A stretch of 64,000 nucleotides of DNA from Burkholderiales bacterium (GCA_020854105.1 JADZGB010000022.1:7805-71804); one strand, 5' to 3'. Shown: positions 1 through 9,997, numbered from the stretch's first letter. Numbers and translations: made by a program. The notes: generated from the letters alone by a model not told the origin.

Positions 1-1374
1 GCGCACGTGCCAGCCGATCCAGTTGCCCTGCGCATCGAGCGCGCCACGCAGCTTGACCAGACTCACCGGACGATAGCGGCCCTGCTGCATGTCCTCCTCG
101 CGCGACCACTGCACGCGCACGGGGGTGCCGCGCATCTGCTGGGCGATGATCACCGCCTGCTTCGTGTACTCCTGGTGCGGTCCGCGCCGGCCGAAGCCGC
201 CGCCCGCGTGCATCTTGTGCACGTACACCTGTTCCAGCGGGATGCCGGCCGCCTCGGACGCCGCCGCCATGGTGGCCTCGCCGTTCTGCGTGCCGCACCA
301 GACATCCACCTTGTCGTCCGTCACGACCGCCGTGGCGGTCTGCGGCTCCATCGTGGCGTGGTTCATGTACGGGTTGTAGTACTCGGCCTCGATGACCTTG
401 GCCGCGCCCTTGGCGATGGCATCGAAGTCGCCGTCCTCGCGCGCCACCGGCGTGCCCGCCTCGTCGATGCCGGTGCGAAGGAACTGCATGATCGATGCAC
501 TGGACACCTTGGCGTCCTCGCCGACGTCCCACTCGATCGGCATCGCCTTCAACGCCTGATTGGCGCGCCACCAGTTGTCGGCCACCACCGCGACCCAGTC
601 CGGTCCCGCGACGACCTTCTTCACGCCGCGCAGGCCGGTGATCTTCGACTCGTCGTAGCGCCTGACCTTGCCGCCGAACACCGGCACCTGCGCCACCGAG
701 GCGTGCAGCATGCCGGGCAGGCGCACGTCGGCCGCATAGACCTGCCTGCCGGTGGTCTTGTCCGGGATGTCGAAGCGTGCCGGCGACGTGCCGATGATCT
801 TCCACTCCTTCGGATCCTTGAGCCTGGGCTCCTTCGGGGCCTCGAGCTTCGAGGCCGCTGCTGCGACCTTGCCGAACGTCGTGGTCCTGCCGCCCGGGTG
901 CGAGATCACGCCGTTCGAGACCGTGCACTCCGACGCCGGCACGCCCCACTCCTGGGCCGCGGCGGTCACGAGCATCTGGCGCGCGGCTGCGCCGGCTTCG
1001 CGCATGTACTTGTTGGAATCGCGGATGCCGCGGCTGCCGCCGGTGGACATGGAACCGAAGATGCGGTTGCGGCGGATGTGATCGTTCACGTCCGCGTACT
1101 CGGCCCGCACCTTGCTCCAGTCGGCCTCGAGTTCCTCTGCCACCAGCTGTGCCAGACCGGTGAAGGTGCCCTGACCGAGTTCGGAGCGCGCGATGCGCAC
1201 GATGACCGTGTCGTCCGGCTGGATCACCAGCCAATGGGTGACCTCCGGCACACCGGAGGCGGCGGTGGCGGCGAGCGCCTCGCCGGGGAAGCGCACCCCG
1301 AGCACGAGGCCGCCGGTGACGGCGGCTGACCTGACCAGGAAGCTGCGGCGGTCACTGCTGAAGTTGGCGTTCAT
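1..1374 (-). CDS. Aldehyde oxidase/xanthine dehydrogenase-family molybdopterin-binding large subunit (IorB-like); 3' end lies outside the window
   Basis: The minus-strand frame is open from the window edge to ATG 1374. It is absent from the ORF track because it runs off the window. My translation starts MNANFSSDRRSFLVRSAAVTGGLVLG, which carries a twin-arginine signal. It continues with Mo-hydroxylase-like blocks (GQGTFTGLAQLVAEEL, YYNPYMNHATMEPQ, HAGGGFGRRG). It starts 12 nt after the 2Fe-2S subunit gene. Confidence 0.8.
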   Translation of the reverse strand, partial: MNANFSSDRRSFLVRSAAVTGGLVLGVRFPGEALAATAASGVPEVTHWLVIQPDDTVIVRIARSELGQGTFTGLAQLVAEELEADWSKVRAEYADVNDHIRRNRIFGSMSTGGSRGIRDSNKYMREAGAAARQMLVTAAAQEWGVPASECTVSNGVISHPGGRTTTFGKVAAAASKLEAPKEPRLKDPKEWKIIGTSPARFDIPDKTTGRQVYAADVRLPGMLHASVAQVPVFGGKVRRYDESKITGLRGVKKVVAGPDWVAVVADNWWRANQALKAMPIEWDVGEDAKVSSASIMQFLRTGIDEAGTPVAREDGDFDAIAKGAAKVIEAEYYNPYMNHATMEPQTATAVVTDDKVDVWCGTQNGEATMAAASEAAGIPLEQVYVHKMHAGGGFGRRGPHQEYTKQAVIIAQQMRGTPVRVQWSREEDMQQGRYRPVSLVKLRGALDAQGNWIGWHVR

Positions 1375-1386
1375 CCGGTCGTCTCC

Positions 1387-1836
1387 TTACGCCTGGCTGG
1401 CGGCAGCACGGATGGCGGCGCGCACGCGATGGTAGGTGCCGCAGCGGCACAGGTTCGTCATGCCGGCGTCGATGTCGGCATCGGTCGGATCGCGGTTCTG
1501 TTCGAGCAGCGCCGCCGCGGACATGATCATCCCGCTCTGGCAATAACCGCACTGGGGAACCTGCAACTGCACCCAGGCCTTCTGCACCGGATGGCTGCCG
1601 TTGGCAGACAGGCCCTCGATGGTGGTCACGCTCTTGCCTTCCACCGACGAGATCGGCACCACGCATGCGCGTGCCGGCTTGCCGTCGACGTGCACCGTAC
1701 AGGCGCCGCAGGCCGAGATGCCGCAGCCGTACTTGGTGCCCGTCAGTCCGAGCTCGTCACGCAGCACCCACAACAGGGGCATGTCGGGCTCGACATCCAC
1801 GTTCACTTGTTTTCCGTTGACCTGGAGTGATGGCAT
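1387..1836 (-). CDS. (2Fe-2S)-binding small subunit of Mo-hydroxylase (IorA-like)
   Basis: ORF 1387..2028 trimmed to ATG 1836, which has AGGAG just upstream. The protein starts [11 protein letters not shown]. It carries two Fe-S cysteine motifs ([11 protein letters not shown] and [10 protein letters not shown]...CRCGTY). Confidence 0.9.
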   Translation of the reverse strand: MPSLQVNGKQVNVDVEPDMPLLWVLRDELGLTGTKYGCGISACGACTVHVDGKPARACVVPISSVEGKSVTTIEGLSANGSHPVQKAWVQLQVPQCGYCQSGMIMSAAALLEQNRDPTDADIDAGMTNLCRCGTYHRVRAAIRAAASQA

Positions 1837-1979
1837 TGCAAGCTCCTTTCTGTGAGAGAGGATTGAGGAGTTGTTTGCCTGGGGGAAATCCCGATGCGGG
1901 GCACCGGTTCTGCGCCGGGATGAGCACTCAGACACGAGCGCGCGCATTCGGTTCCGGAGGCCTCGAAACGCATCCCGCG

Positions 1980-3467
1980 TTACGGTCGCGGACGACGCAG
2001 GATTCGAAGCGCGAACGGCGAGAGCCACACCAGGATCGTGAACACGCCCAGCGCACCGGCGATGGGACGCTCGAAGAACGCCAGCCAGCTACCCTCGGCC
2101 TTGATGAGCGAGGTTGCAAAATTTTCCTCGAACATCGAACCGAGCACCACGCCGAGGATCAGCGGGGCGATGGGAAAGCCGTTGCGCTCCATGAAGAAGG
2201 CCGCCACGCCCGCCACCAGCATGACGCCGATGTCGAAGGCGGTGTTGTTGATGGCGAAGGAGCCGACCATGCAGAAGGCCAGGATCACCGGCATGAGCGC
2301 CTGGCGCGGCACGCGCAGGATCTGCTTGTACAGCCTGATCGCGAGCAGCCCGAGCGGCAGCATCAGCAGGTTGGCGAGGAAGAACACGATGAACACCGCA
2401 TAGATGTTCTCCGGGTTGTTCAGGAAGATGGCGGGCCCGGGGTTCATGCCCTTCATGTAGAGCACGCCGATGGCGATCGCCGTGATCGAATCGCCGGGGA
2501 TGCCGAACACCAGGGCCGGGATCCAGGCTCCGGACAGTGCGCCGTTGTTGGCCGCTCCGCTCTCGACCACGCCCTCGACGTGGCCGGTGCCGAATTTCTC
2601 CGGCGTCTTCGAGAACCGCTTCGAGATCGCGTAGGAGATCCACGCGGCGATGTCAGCGCCGGCCCCAGGCAAGGCTCCGATCGCCGTTCCCACTGCACTG
2701 CCGCGGAAGATCGCCAGGGGATAGCGGCGGATCAGTGCCCACTGCCCCGCGAACACGTTGCCGAACCGCTCCTGGGCCAGCGTCAGGCGCGATTCACCCG
2801 TGGACACCACGAAGCGCAACACCTCCGACACGGCGAACATGCCGACCATCAACGGAATGAACGAGATGCCGCCGAGCAGGTCGTCGGATCCGAAGGTGAA
2901 GCGCGGGTGCGCCGCCGGATTGTTCAAGCCGATGGTGGCGAGCAGCAGGCCCAGCAGCAGCGAGACGAAGCCCTTCAGGGGCCGGTCGGAGGCGATGAAC
3001 ACCGCGCACGTCAGACCAAGGAGGACCAGCCAGAAGTACTCGAAGGAGCTGAAGTTCAGCGCCACTTCGGCCAGTGCCGGGGCCGCCGTCACCAGCACCA
3101 GCGTGCCGAGCAGTCCCCCGATGGCGGAGAACACCAGCCCGGCGCCGAGCACCAGTTCCGCCTGGCCCTTGCGCGTCATGCGATAGGCCTCGTCGGTGTA
3201 GGCGGCCGAGGCCGGCGTGCCGGGCATGCGCAGCAGCGCCCCGGGGATGTCTCCGGAGAAGATCGCCATCGCCGTGCAGCTGACGATGGCGGCCACCGCA
3301 GGCACCGACGGCATGAAGAACGTGACAGGCACCAGCAGGGCAGTGGCCATGGTCGCCGTCAGCCCCGGAATCGCCCCCACGAACAGGCCGAACAGCGACG
3401 AGGCGAGGATCACCCCGAGCACGTAGGGATCGGCGACCAGCGAGAAGGCCAGGGCGATCGATTCCAT
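1980..3467 (-). CDS. tctA: Tripartite tricarboxylate transporter large permease TctA
   Basis: 495-aa polytopic membrane ORF. The N-terminus [41 protein letters not shown] is typical of the TctA family. It is adjacent to tctB and tctC. Confidence 0.9.
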   Translation of the reverse strand: MESIALAFSLVADPYVLGVILASSLFGLFVGAIPGLTATMATALLVPVTFFMPSVPAVAAIVSCTAMAIFSGDIPGALLRMPGTPASAAYTDEAYRMTRKGQAELVLGAGLVFSAIGGLLGTLVLVTAAPALAEVALNFSSFEYFWLVLLGLTCAVFIASDRPLKGFVSLLLGLLLATIGLNNPAAHPRFTFGSDDLLGGISFIPLMVGMFAVSEVLRFVVSTGESRLTLAQERFGNVFAGQWALIRRYPLAIFRGSAVGTAIGALPGAGADIAAWISYAISKRFSKTPEKFGTGHVEGVVESGAANNGALSGAWIPALVFGIPGDSITAIAIGVLYMKGMNPGPAIFLNNPENIYAVFIVFFLANLLMLPLGLLAIRLYKQILRVPRQALMPVILAFCMVGSFAINNTAFDIGVMLVAGVAAFFMERNGFPIAPLILGVVLGSMFEENFATSLIKAEGSWLAFFERPIAGALGVFTILVWLSPFALRILRRPRP

Positions 3468-3476
3468 CCGCTCGGC

Positions 3477-3950
3477 CTACCAGGCGTACTCGATGAGCAG
3501 CCCCCAGGGCAGGGCCACCTTCAGCAGGGTGTAGAAGACGTGGTGGATGGCGAGCGATACCAGCACGGCGAGCGCGAGCGCGGCGATCCAGCGCACGCCG
3601 CAGGCGCGCAGGACGACCAGGAGCGAGAGCGGCGCCGCGACCAGATAGCCGAGCGTCTCCGAGAAGGCGATGTAGAAGGCGACCGCGCCGATGACGGCGA
3701 GGAAGGCGAAGACCAGCCGCGGACTGGTCACCCATGCATCCCACTCGACCAGAGGATGGCGCGGGCTCGCGCGCAGTGCGCGCACGATCAGCACGAGGCT
3801 GCACAGGATCAGCCCGACCGCGACCAGGGACGGCAGCACCGATGGACCGAAGTTCTGGCCGGGCATGTCCGGAAAGGCCGAGACGTGCACCAGCAGCACC
3901 AGCGAGAAGGCGATCAGCAGCAGACCAACGAGGCCGTCGTTGAGTTTCAC
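3477..3950 (-). CDS. tctB: Tripartite tricarboxylate transporter small permease TctB
   Basis: 157-aa hydrophobic ORF with four predicted TM segments. It lies between tctC and tctA, with 7-9 nt gaps on each side. Confidence 0.8.
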   Translation of the reverse strand: MKLNDGLVGLLLIAFSLVLLVHVSAFPDMPGQNFGPSVLPSLVAVGLILCSLVLIVRALRASPRHPLVEWDAWVTSPRLVFAFLAVIGAVAFYIAFSETLGYLVAAPLSLLVVLRACGVRWIAALALAVLVSLAIHHVFYTLLKVALPWGLLIEYAW

Positions 3951-3957
3951 GCGCGGC

Positions 3958-4929
3958 CTATTTCGCCAGGCCCACCGTCTTCATCAGCTTGCCGAGCTGG
4001 GCGTCCTCTCTCGCCATGAACTGCGCGAATGCTTCCGGCTCCATCCACTGCGAACCGAACCCGCGCTCCTTCATGAAGGTCTGGAATTCCTGGCTCTCGT
4101 ACGCCTTCTTCACTGCCATGCGCAGGCGCGCCTCGACGTCTCGGGGCAGCTTCCTCGGTGCGGCCACGCCGCGCCACACACCCGAGATCCACGTGCTGCC
4201 CACCGCCTGCTTCACCGTGGGCACCTGCGGGAACAGGGCAGAAGGCTTGTCCGCCATGATGGCCAGGCTGCGCACCTTGCCCGCCTCCATCAGCGCACGC
4301 GCCTCCGGGTGCGAACCCGGAATGATCTGCACACCGTCTGCGACCAGGTCGAGCAGACCCGCGGCATTGCTGGCGCTGGGCACGAACGGCACGGTCGAGG
4401 GATCGATCTTCTGCTCCAGGAGCAGGCCGTAGAGCGACAGGTGCCAGCTGCCACCATGACCGGTGCCCGAGGCCTTCAGCTTGCCGGGCTGTGCGCGCAC
4501 CGCGGCGAGCAGTTCCCCGAGCGACTTGTAGGGTGCATCGGCACGCACCTGGATTGCGGCAGGATCGATGTTCACCAGACCCAGCGGGGTGAATGACGCG
4601 CCGGAGATCCGCGTCAGACCCTGGTGGTGCATCATGCCGATCTCCGAGGTGATCAGGCCGATGGTGTAGCCGTCCGGCCGCGCGCCGACGATGGCCGCAT
4701 GCCCGACCACGCCGTTGCCTCCGGTGCGGTTCATCACGTTGACCGGTTTGCCCAGGTCGCGCTCCATCAGCGTGGCGAGCATCCGTCCCACGGCGTCGGT
4801 GCCGCCGCCCGCGCCCCACGGCACGATGAAGGTGATGGGGCGATTGGGGTAGTCGGCGAGCGCGCCGCCCGATGCCAGCATCAGGATGGCCGCGCCGAAC
4901 GCACCCAGGTATCGGCCGGTGAGCCGCAT
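3958..4929 (-). CDS. tctC: Tripartite tricarboxylate transporter substrate-binding protein (Bug/TctC family)
   Basis: ORF 3958..4950. I prefer ATG 4929, which is preceded by GAGGAG; ATG 4950 is the alternative. It has a signal peptide (LGAFGAAILMLASGGALA) and the Bug-family motif YPNRPITFIVPWGAGGGTD. Confidence 0.85.
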   Translation of the reverse strand: MRLTGRYLGAFGAAILMLASGGALADYPNRPITFIVPWGAGGGTDAVGRMLATLMERDLGKPVNVMNRTGGNGVVGHAAIVGARPDGYTIGLITSEIGMMHHQGLTRISGASFTPLGLVNIDPAAIQVRADAPYKSLGELLAAVRAQPGKLKASGTGHGGSWHLSLYGLLLEQKIDPSTVPFVPSASNAAGLLDLVADGVQIIPGSHPEARALMEAGKVRSLAIMADKPSALFPQVPTVKQAVGSTWISGVWRGVAAPRKLPRDVEARLRMAVKKAYESQEFQTFMKERGFGSQWMEPEAFAQFMAREDAQLGKLMKTVGLAK

Positions 4930-5054
4930 GCAATCTCCTCGATTCTTCATCGTCGCTCTGTACGGCGACGCTCGCGGAATTGTAGCGGGAACCGCCGGCG
5001 CCTTCGTGCTCGCAGCTAGAGTCGTGAGGAGAACGGCCCTGCGTCAGGCGCTTC

Positions 5055-5200
5055 CGTCATCCCGGCGCAAGCCCACTGCTGTCCGGAATAATTTGCGGTA
5101 AGTGCGCGGAAGGCGTTGCGGTGATTGGCTATTCGGGAATCCAGGGGTTGGTGCCGAATCTCTCGGATTCGCTGGGTCCCGGCGTTCGCCGGGACGACGG
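5055..5200. repeat. REP-like intergenic hairpin elements (CGTCATCCCGGCGCAAGCC; GGGTCCCGGCGTTCGCCGGGACGACGG)
   Basis: The same GC-rich stem-loop motifs recur at 11915, 31869, 35047 and 54462. In one frame they read WVPAFAGTT, a known artefact peptide of such repeats. Confidence 0.6.
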
Positions 5201-5205
5201 TGGAC

Positions 5206-6432
5206 TCAGCGTGCCGGCTGCCAGCGCTGGATGAAGTCGCGGATCTGCGGATAGATCATGTCGCGGAACTTGCGCCCGCTGAAGATGCCGTAGTGCCCCA
5301 CTCCCTGGGCCATGAGGTGCTTGCGCCTCTCGGAGGGAATGCGCGAGGCGAGCCCGTGCGCCGCCTCAGTCTGGCCGTTGCCGGAGATGTCGTCCAGTTC
5401 GCCTTCCACCGTGAACAGTGCGGTCTTTCTGAGCGCGGACGGCTCCACCCTCGCGCCGCGCACTTCCCACTTGCCCCTGGCGAGGAGGAAGTCCTGGAAC
5501 ACCACGCGGATCGTGTCCAGGTAGTACTCGGCAGGCATGTCGAGCACGGCGTTGTATTCGTCATAGAAGCGGCGGTGTCCCTCCGCGCTGTCGCCATCGC
5601 CCACCACCAGGTGGTTGAAGAAGTCGCGATGCGCCTGAATGTGCCGATCGGCGTTCATGGCCATGAACGACATGTGCTGCAGGAAGCCGGGATAGACCCG
5701 GCGCATGAACCCCTCGTAGTTGAAGGGCACGCGGTAGATGACCTTGTCCTCGAACCACGAATGAGGCCGGTCCATCGCCAGTTCGTTCACCACCGTAGGG
5801 CTGCGGCGAGTGTCGATCGGACCGCCCATCATCACCGCGACGCTCGGCGTACAAGGATCGTTCTCCTGCGCGAGCAGGGAGATCGCCGCCATCACGGGCA
5901 CGGTGGGCTGGCACACGGACACCGTCGCGATGCCGGGCCCCAGCAGCCGAATGAAGCGCTTGCAGTATTCGACGTAGTCGTCGAGGTGGAACGGCCCCTC
6001 GGACAGGGGCACCATGCGCGCATCGAGCCAGTCGGTGATGTACACGTCGAAGTCGCGCAGCATGGTGCGCACGGTATCGCGCAGGAGCGTGGCGTGGTGC
6101 CCGGACAGCGGCGCGAAGATCAGCACCTTCGGCCCCGGCGCCGGCATCGCCTTGCGGAAGCGCAGCAGATCGCAGAACGGCTCGCTGTGCACGCGCTCGA
6201 TGCTGATCGCGACGTCGCGACCACCGGCGTTGACATGCGTGATGTTCCAGCCCGGCTTGTGATACGAACGCATGAGCCGCGCCATCAGTTCGCTGCTGGC
6301 GGCAACGTGCCGGCTCATCGGCGTGTAGGCGAACGGGCTGTAGGGACTGCTGAAGAGGCGATGGCTGGTGTCGATCCAGGCTACCAGCGGAGCGGAAATG
6401 GTCTTTTGGAACTCGTGCAGCTCGTACAGCAT
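5206..6432 (-). CDS. phaZ: Intracellular polyhydroxyalkanoate (PHB) depolymerase
   Basis: ORF 5206..6477 trimmed to MLYELHEFQK, the usual N-terminus of intracellular PhaZ. The 408-aa protein resembles the Cupriavidus PhaZ1 type along its whole length. Confidence 0.85.
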   Translation of the reverse strand: MLYELHEFQKTISAPLVAWIDTSHRLFSSPYSPFAYTPMSRHVAASSELMARLMRSYHKPGWNITHVNAGGRDVAISIERVHSEPFCDLLRFRKAMPAPGPKVLIFAPLSGHHATLLRDTVRTMLRDFDVYITDWLDARMVPLSEGPFHLDDYVEYCKRFIRLLGPGIATVSVCQPTVPVMAAISLLAQENDPCTPSVAVMMGGPIDTRRSPTVVNELAMDRPHSWFEDKVIYRVPFNYEGFMRRVYPGFLQHMSFMAMNADRHIQAHRDFFNHLVVGDGDSAEGHRRFYDEYNAVLDMPAEYYLDTIRVVFQDFLLARGKWEVRGARVEPSALRKTALFTVEGELDDISGNGQTEAAHGLASRIPSERRKHLMAQGVGHYGIFSGRKFRDMIYPQIRDFIQRWQPAR

Positions 6433-6531
6433 CCTGCCCTCCGTCGGCACTGGTTCGCGAGCCGCCTCCAAAGCCATGCGAACCGCGCCGCCCTTGTATT
6501 GAACTTTATTCTGTCGGCAATAGGCGAAAGC

Positions 6532-6589
6532 ACTCTAATCAGGGGGTCACGACACGTCAAGTCGTTTCCGGGAACAGTCGTTTCCGGGA
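6532..6589 (-). promoter_or_regulatory. Putative phaZ promoter (TTGACG-N17-TAGAGT) with two upstream direct repeats (TCCCGGAAACGACT x2)
   Basis: On the minus strand the -35 element is at 6555-6560 and the -10 element is at 6532-6537. Two 14-nt direct repeats lie at 6560-6573 and 6576-6589, with a 16-nt period. This was read directly from the sequence. Function is not tested. Confidence 0.3.
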
Positions 6590-6688
6590 GCGCACGCGTG
6601 CGGTCGCGTTGATCGGGCAGGGGCGTTCCCACGGGCCCGCTCTGGACCGTCCCGAACTCCCCACCGCAAAGCCCGTGCCTGCGGCCGC

Positions 6689-7690
6689 CTATTGCAGGGC
6701 CAGCGGCGCTTCGTCCAGCGCCGCGGCCTGCTCGCGCAAGGCGAGGATGTGGTCCTGCCAGTAGCGCTGGGTGTTGAACCAGGGGAAGGCGGCCGGGAAG
6801 GCGGGATCCTGCCAGCGCAGCGCCAGCCAGCCGGCGTAGTGGATCATGCGCAGCGTTCGCAGCGGCTCGATCAGTCGCAGCTCGTGCAGATCGACCTCGC
6901 CGAACTCCCAGTAGCCGTCGAGGACCCAGCGCAGCTGCTGCACGCGCGCCTCGCGCTCACCGGAAAGCAGCATCCAGATGTCCTGCACCGCAGGGCCCAT
7001 GCGGGCATCGTCGAGATCGACGAAGTGCGGTCCGTCCTCCGCCCACAGCACGTTGCCTGGATGGCAGTCGCCGTGCAGGCGCAGATGGCCGATCGGACCC
7101 GCCTCCTCGAACGCTGCGCGGATGCGCGCGACGAGCCGCGGAACCAGCGACTGATATGCGGGCCGCAGGTCCTGCGGGACGAAGCCGTGCTCGAGCACGT
7201 AGGCCATGGGCGCCTCGCCGAACGAGGCGATGTCGAGCGTGGGCCGGTGCACGAAGGGCTGCAGGGCGCCGATCGCGTGAATGCGCGCGATGAAGCGCCC
7301 CATCCACGTGAGGGTGTCCTGTGCCTCGAGTTCCGGCGCACGCCCGCGCTGGCGTGGATAGAGCGCGAAGCGAAAATCGTCGAAGGCGTGCAGCGTGCGC
7401 CCGCCGGAGTCCAGCGGCGCCACCACCGGCAGCTCGGCCTGCGCCAGCGCCAGCGCGAACGCGTGTTCCTCGAGGATCGCCTCCCCGCTCCAGCGCCCCG
7501 GACGGTAGAACTTGACGATCAGCGGCTGCCCGTCCTCGATGCCGACCTGGTAGACGCGGTTCTCGAAACTATTGAGGGCGAGCAGCCGACCATCACTGCG
7601 CACGCCGGTGCTGTCCACCGCGTCGAGGATGAGGTCGGGCGTGAGGCGCTCGTACGGATGGGCGGACAAGGGAGCGGCGGCATCGTGCAT
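6689..7690 (-). CDS. srkA: Stress-response serine/threonine kinase SrkA (YihE/RdoA family)
   Basis: 333 aa. Contains LALNSFENRVYQVGIEDGQPLIVKFYRPGRWS and HGDCHPGNVLW, the aminoglycoside-phosphotransferase-like kinase core typical of YihE. Confidence 0.85.
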   Translation of the reverse strand: MHDAAAPLSAHPYERLTPDLILDAVDSTGVRSDGRLLALNSFENRVYQVGIEDGQPLIVKFYRPGRWSGEAILEEHAFALALAQAELPVVAPLDSGGRTLHAFDDFRFALYPRQRGRAPELEAQDTLTWMGRFIARIHAIGALQPFVHRPTLDIASFGEAPMAYVLEHGFVPQDLRPAYQSLVPRLVARIRAAFEEAGPIGHLRLHGDCHPGNVLWAEDGPHFVDLDDARMGPAVQDIWMLLSGEREARVQQLRWVLDGYWEFGEVDLHELRLIEPLRTLRMIHYAGWLALRWQDPAFPAAFPWFNTQRYWQDHILALREQAAALDEAPLALQ

Positions 7691-7785
7691 CCAGCCATTC
7701 TAAGCGTGCACGCCCCTTGCCGCCCCTCGCGGCACGCCGGGATCTGGCATGCTCGGCCCTGCCCTCGCCTCGCGGAGCCGGACCG

Positions 7786-8862
7786 ATGTTTCGAACCCTT
7801 GCGTGCGCACTGACCCTCGCCGTCCCGCTCGCCACCCTCGCCTACGAGGCGGCCGCGGCCTCTCCGTGCGCCGCGGCAGGGGCAGCCGAGCGGCGCCTCG
7901 TGACCGAGAGCTTCACCATCGCCTCGGACACCCCGGGCATCGCGCTCTACCTGCGCAACAAGCGCCCGGCCGATCTCCGGTCGTTCTCGGCGCAGCGCAC
8001 CCTGCTCTACGTCCACGGGGCGACCTATCCTTCCGAGACGGCCTTCGACCTGCCGCTGGAGGGCATGTCCTGGATGGACTACGTCGCATGCCACGGCTGG
8101 GACGTCTATCTGGTGGATGTGCGCGGGTACGGCCGTTCGAGCCGGCCGCCGGAGATGGACCAGCCGGCGGAACACAATGCTCCGATCGTGGATACGTCCG
8201 TGGCCTCGCGCGACGTCTCCAGCGCCGTCGGACACGTGCTCGCGCGCCGTAGGCTGGAGCGGCTGAATCTGCTCGGTTGGTCGTGGGGCACGTCGATCAT
8301 GGCGACCTATGCCGCCGCGAATCCCGACAAGGTGCAGCGGCTGGTGCTGTATGCGCCGCTGTGGCTGCGCCAGACGCCGTCGCTCATCGGCAGTGACGGG
8401 CCGCTGGGCGCCTACCGCCAGGTGAGCCGGGAGCAGGCACGCAAGCGCTGGCTCGCGGGAGTCCCGGCAGACCGGCAGGCCGACCTGATTCCGCAGGGCT
8501 GGTTCGAGGCTTGGGCGGATGCGACCTGGGCGACCGATCCCGCGGCCGGCAAGTGGAACCCGCCGATGCTGCGTGCGCCCAACGGGGTGGTCAAGGACGT
8601 GCGCGAGTACTGGGCAGCGCAGCGGCCGTACTACGACCCGCGCGCGATCCGCGCCCCGACCCTGCTGGTGCACGGCGAGTGGGACCAGGACACGCCGGGC
8701 TACATGGCGCAGGCGATCTTCGGCCTGCTGGAGAACGCGCCCTGGAAGCGCCTGGTAGTGATCGGAGAGGGCACGCACACGGTGATCATGGAGCGCAACC
8801 GCATGCAGCTCCTGCGCGAGGTGCAGCTGTTCCTGGACGAGCCGGCGCCGACCGGTCCATGA
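7786..8862 (+). CDS. Secreted alpha/beta-fold hydrolase
   Basis: ORF 7717..8862 trimmed to ATG 7786, with GGAG upstream. It has a signal peptide (MFRTLACALTLAVPLATLAYEAAA) and the nucleophile elbow GWSWG. Confidence 0.8.
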   Translation: MFRTLACALTLAVPLATLAYEAAAASPCAAAGAAERRLVTESFTIASDTPGIALYLRNKRPADLRSFSAQRTLLYVHGATYPSETAFDLPLEGMSWMDYVACHGWDVYLVDVRGYGRSSRPPEMDQPAEHNAPIVDTSVASRDVSSAVGHVLARRRLERLNLLGWSWGTSIMATYAAANPDKVQRLVLYAPLWLRQTPSLIGSDGPLGAYRQVSREQARKRWLAGVPADRQADLIPQGWFEAWADATWATDPAAGKWNPPMLRAPNGVVKDVREYWAAQRPYYDPRAIRAPTLLVHGEWDQDTPGYMAQAIFGLLENAPWKRLVVIGEGTHTVIMERNRMQLLREVQLFLDEPAPTGP

Positions 8863-8917
8863 GTGAAGGCGCCCGTCGGCGCACCGATGCATCGCGCATG
8901 AGCCGACGAGCGCGCGA

Positions 8918-9997
8918 TCAGTGCGGGCTGAACCGTCCAGCGCGGAACTGTTCGGGATCCGACACCCGTGCAACGACGTGGACGTTGCCCACGCGGCAGT
9001 CCTCGAGCAGCTGAAGGATCTCGCGCAGGACGGCGTCCCAGTCCTCGCACGGGTGCAGGCGGCGCTCGTGCACGTCCACGCGGTTCTCCGCGAACGGCGA
9101 TGCGAAGCGCAGGCCGACTGCGCCGCCGGTCAGGGCCGCCACGCTGACGTCCGGCTCGCCGGTTTCGCTGCGGAAACGTCGCAGCGCGCGGCTGACGAAC
9201 GCCTGCAGGCCCAGCTCCTGTTCCGCCGCGCTGCCCGCCGCAATGGCCCGCAGGATTGCGGCCGGCGGCCGCGGGATCGCCACCACACTCGTGCCTTCGC
9301 CCTGCAGCTGTGCGGACAGCTCGCGCGTGAACGGCACGCCCCAGGTCGAGATCGCGGAGGCGGTCTCCAGGAACGTCGACGCATTGGCCGGCGACACTGC
9401 GGCACCGGCCAGGAAACGCAGGTGCACGCTCTCGTCCTGGCCCGGCAGGATCAGGTCATCGGGCGGCAGTTCGAACCAGCCGTCGCCCGCTGCGGCCTCG
9501 TCCGTTGCGCGTGCGAAACGGCGCAGGCGCGCCCACGACAATCCCTCCAGGGCACCGGCCCCGCACAGGGCGTTGCCGGTGCCGAAGTTGGTCACCGGTC
9601 CGAGCGCGCCGCTCCCGCGCAGCACATCGCGCAGCCGTTCCACGTCCGGCAGTGTCGCGGGAATGCGTACCCCGGCGCGGCCGCCTGCGACGATCGCCAC
9701 GGGAATGGCGAACAGGCGCGTCGCCAGTCCGCCGGGCTCGGGCTCCATCGCCTGCTCGAGCGCCGCTGCCATGTCGCGCCAGACACCTGGCGAGGGAGCG
9801 CGACCGAGCGCCTCGCGCAAGGCACTCTCCTGCCCTGCGTCTAGCGCATCGGCATATCGGGCGGCCAGCGCCGCGAAGGGCTCGCCGGACCAGCTGTCTT
9901 GCGTCGCGGCAGACGCGGCGGACATTGCAAGCGCTGCTTCCACGAAGGGATCATCATTGGGTGCTGCGACGCAGCGAGGATCGGACGGCAGATTCAT
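8918..9997 (-). CDS. Hypothetical protein (359 aa, no domain recognised)
   Basis: Long ORF with coding-like codon bias and an ATG start at 9997. I recognise no family motif. Confidence 0.6.
   Translation of the reverse strand: MNLPSDPRCVAAPNDDPFVEAALAMSAASAATQDSWSGEPFAALAARYADALDAGQESALREALGRAPSPGVWRDMAAALEQAMEPEPGGLATRLFAIPVAIVAGGRAGVRIPATLPDVERLRDVLRGSGALGPVTNFGTGNALCGAGALEGLSWARLRRFARATDEAAAGDGWFELPPDDLILPGQDESVHLRFLAGAAVSPANASTFLETASAISTWGVPFTRELSAQLQGEGTSVVAIPRPPAAILRAIAAGSAAEQELGLQAFVSRALRRFRSETGEPDVSVAALTGGAVGLRFASPFAENRVDVHERRLHPCEDWDAVLREILQLLEDCRVGNVHVVARVSDPEQFRAGRFSPH

Noticed and set aside
7-1329. 440-aa plus-strand ORF covering the start of the window.
   Set aside because: It is Arg/His/Gly/Ala/Asp-rich with no motifs. 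It lies exactly antisense to a clearly recognisable Mo-hydroxylase subunit frame. This is a typical shadow ORF in GC-rich DNA.
1827-4019. 730-aa plus-strand ORF with extremely charged composition (long runs of R, H, E, D, Q).
   Set aside because: It is antisense to tctA and tctB, which have strong family signatures. The composition is not protein-like.
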